Source: Andalucia godoyi And28
Lineage: Eukaryota; Protista; Jakobida
Assembly: GCA_009859145.1 (NCBI GenBank)
Contig: VRVR01000037.1
Coordinates: 138,892-202,891 of the forward strand
Reading direction: 5' to 3'
Length of the DNA stretch: 64,000 bases
The first letter of the stretch is position 1. Every line of letters begins with the position of its first letter. Below are positions 63,390 to 64,000 of the stretch, in pieces. The translations under genes were made by a program, and so were the position numbers. A model generated the notes under the pieces. The model was not told the DNA's origin, searched no databases, and saw nothing but the letters and a program-made list of their open reading frames with translations.

Positions 63390-63600
63390 GTCCCCGAGCA
63401 CCAAATCACGCTTCGTGTATACTGCTGCTATCATCATACTTCAACGAATACAATCCAGCTGCTGTAGTTTTACTGTAGTTTCCTCCTCTCCCCCCCAAAA
63501 AAAGAAAAAGAACTCCGGGAAGCCGCCGTGTCTCGAACTCTGCGCTTGCTTTTTTCTTTCGTTGGAAACTTGAACAACTGGAGGAAAGCATAGCAAAGAC

Positions 63601-64000
63601 ATGGGGGCATTCACATATGCTCCGTATTGGTTGTTGGCGGCTTCGTGTTGCGTTGCGGTGGGCTTCGTGTCGGGATGCGGGATCACGACGCACACGGCCA
63701 TCTCGCATCGAGCACTTCGACAATGGTCGTCTGGATACGCGCCGTTGGTCCGTGAAGAGCTAGCATCTCTTGAGGCTGGGTCGCCGTACCCGGATACGTA
63801 CTACGACGGCTTGTGCATGCATGGGGAATTACACCAGGTGTCTGAAGACGTGCATTGGCTTCCGTACACGATTACTGCCGTGGAGTATATGCGAGATTTG
63901 TATCCACCCCCGCTTGCGTCGCATGGTGTGGATGCACGGCGGCTGTTTTCGTTTCTTCTTGGAGTAGCGTCGCATCAGATGGCAGATGTTGTGTGGCATG
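63601..64000 (+). CDS. GPLD1: GPI-specific phospholipase D, 5' part (runs off the window)
   Basis: Manual translation from ATG 63601: signal peptide, CGITTHTAISHRAL, AGSPYPD, SEDVHW, LFSFLLGVASHQMADVVWH; not in the ORF track. Confidence 0.88.
   Translation, partial: MGAFTYAPYWLLAASCCVAVGFVSGCGITTHTAISHRALRQWSSGYAPLVREELASLEAGSPYPDTYYDGLCMHGELHQVSEDVHWLPYTITAVEYMRDLYPPPLASHGVDARRLFSFLLGVASHQMADVVWH

Noticed and set aside
62324-63437. Long antisense or alternative-frame ORFs here and opposite other genes (e.g. 2273-3019, 53031-53747)
   Set aside because: Shadow ORFs of GC-balanced coding sequence and simple repeats; no motifs.
1-64000. CRISPR array, rRNA, tRNA, integrated virus or retroelement
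   Set aside because: No repeat-spacer periodicity, rRNA signature, cloverleaf, capsid, RT or integrase motif was seen; the repeats present are microsatellites plus the two-copy element.

Overview
Gene-dense, intron-poor nuclear DNA of a unicellular eukaryote using the standard code. TAA, TAG and TGA all end recognisable genes, and the introns I can place are GT-AG. The taxon cannot be fixed from this window. About 27 protein genes are supportable. Housekeeping genes include importin-beta, a Myb factor, Arl8, FolD, Med21, Mps1, Sec61-beta, SYS1, a FANCE-like protein, a LARP4-like protein, ESF1 and the 5' part of a GPI-PLD. Five things stand out. (1) An 874-aa fusion joins an SQD1-like UDP-sulfoquinovose synthase to a class-V PLP C-S lyase-like domain, suggesting in-cis sulfur or sulfite supply. 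(2) A head-to-head pair of membrane GT2 synthase paralogues has one copy with intact catalytic motifs and one that looks like a pseudo-enzyme. (3) Two decayed copies of a 0.56-0.74 kb element carry a TnpB/Fanzor-like N-terminus, a divergent HTH-like ORF, a terminal palindrome and a UUCG hairpin, with apparent CpG-biased decay. (4) A gustatory-receptor-like (7TMIC) membrane protein is present. (5) A hairpin-rich intergenic segment may be an ncRNA. Two genes carry single-base frameshifts at short base runs, either assembly error or pseudogenisation. All family calls are by-eye motif recognition; no database search was run.
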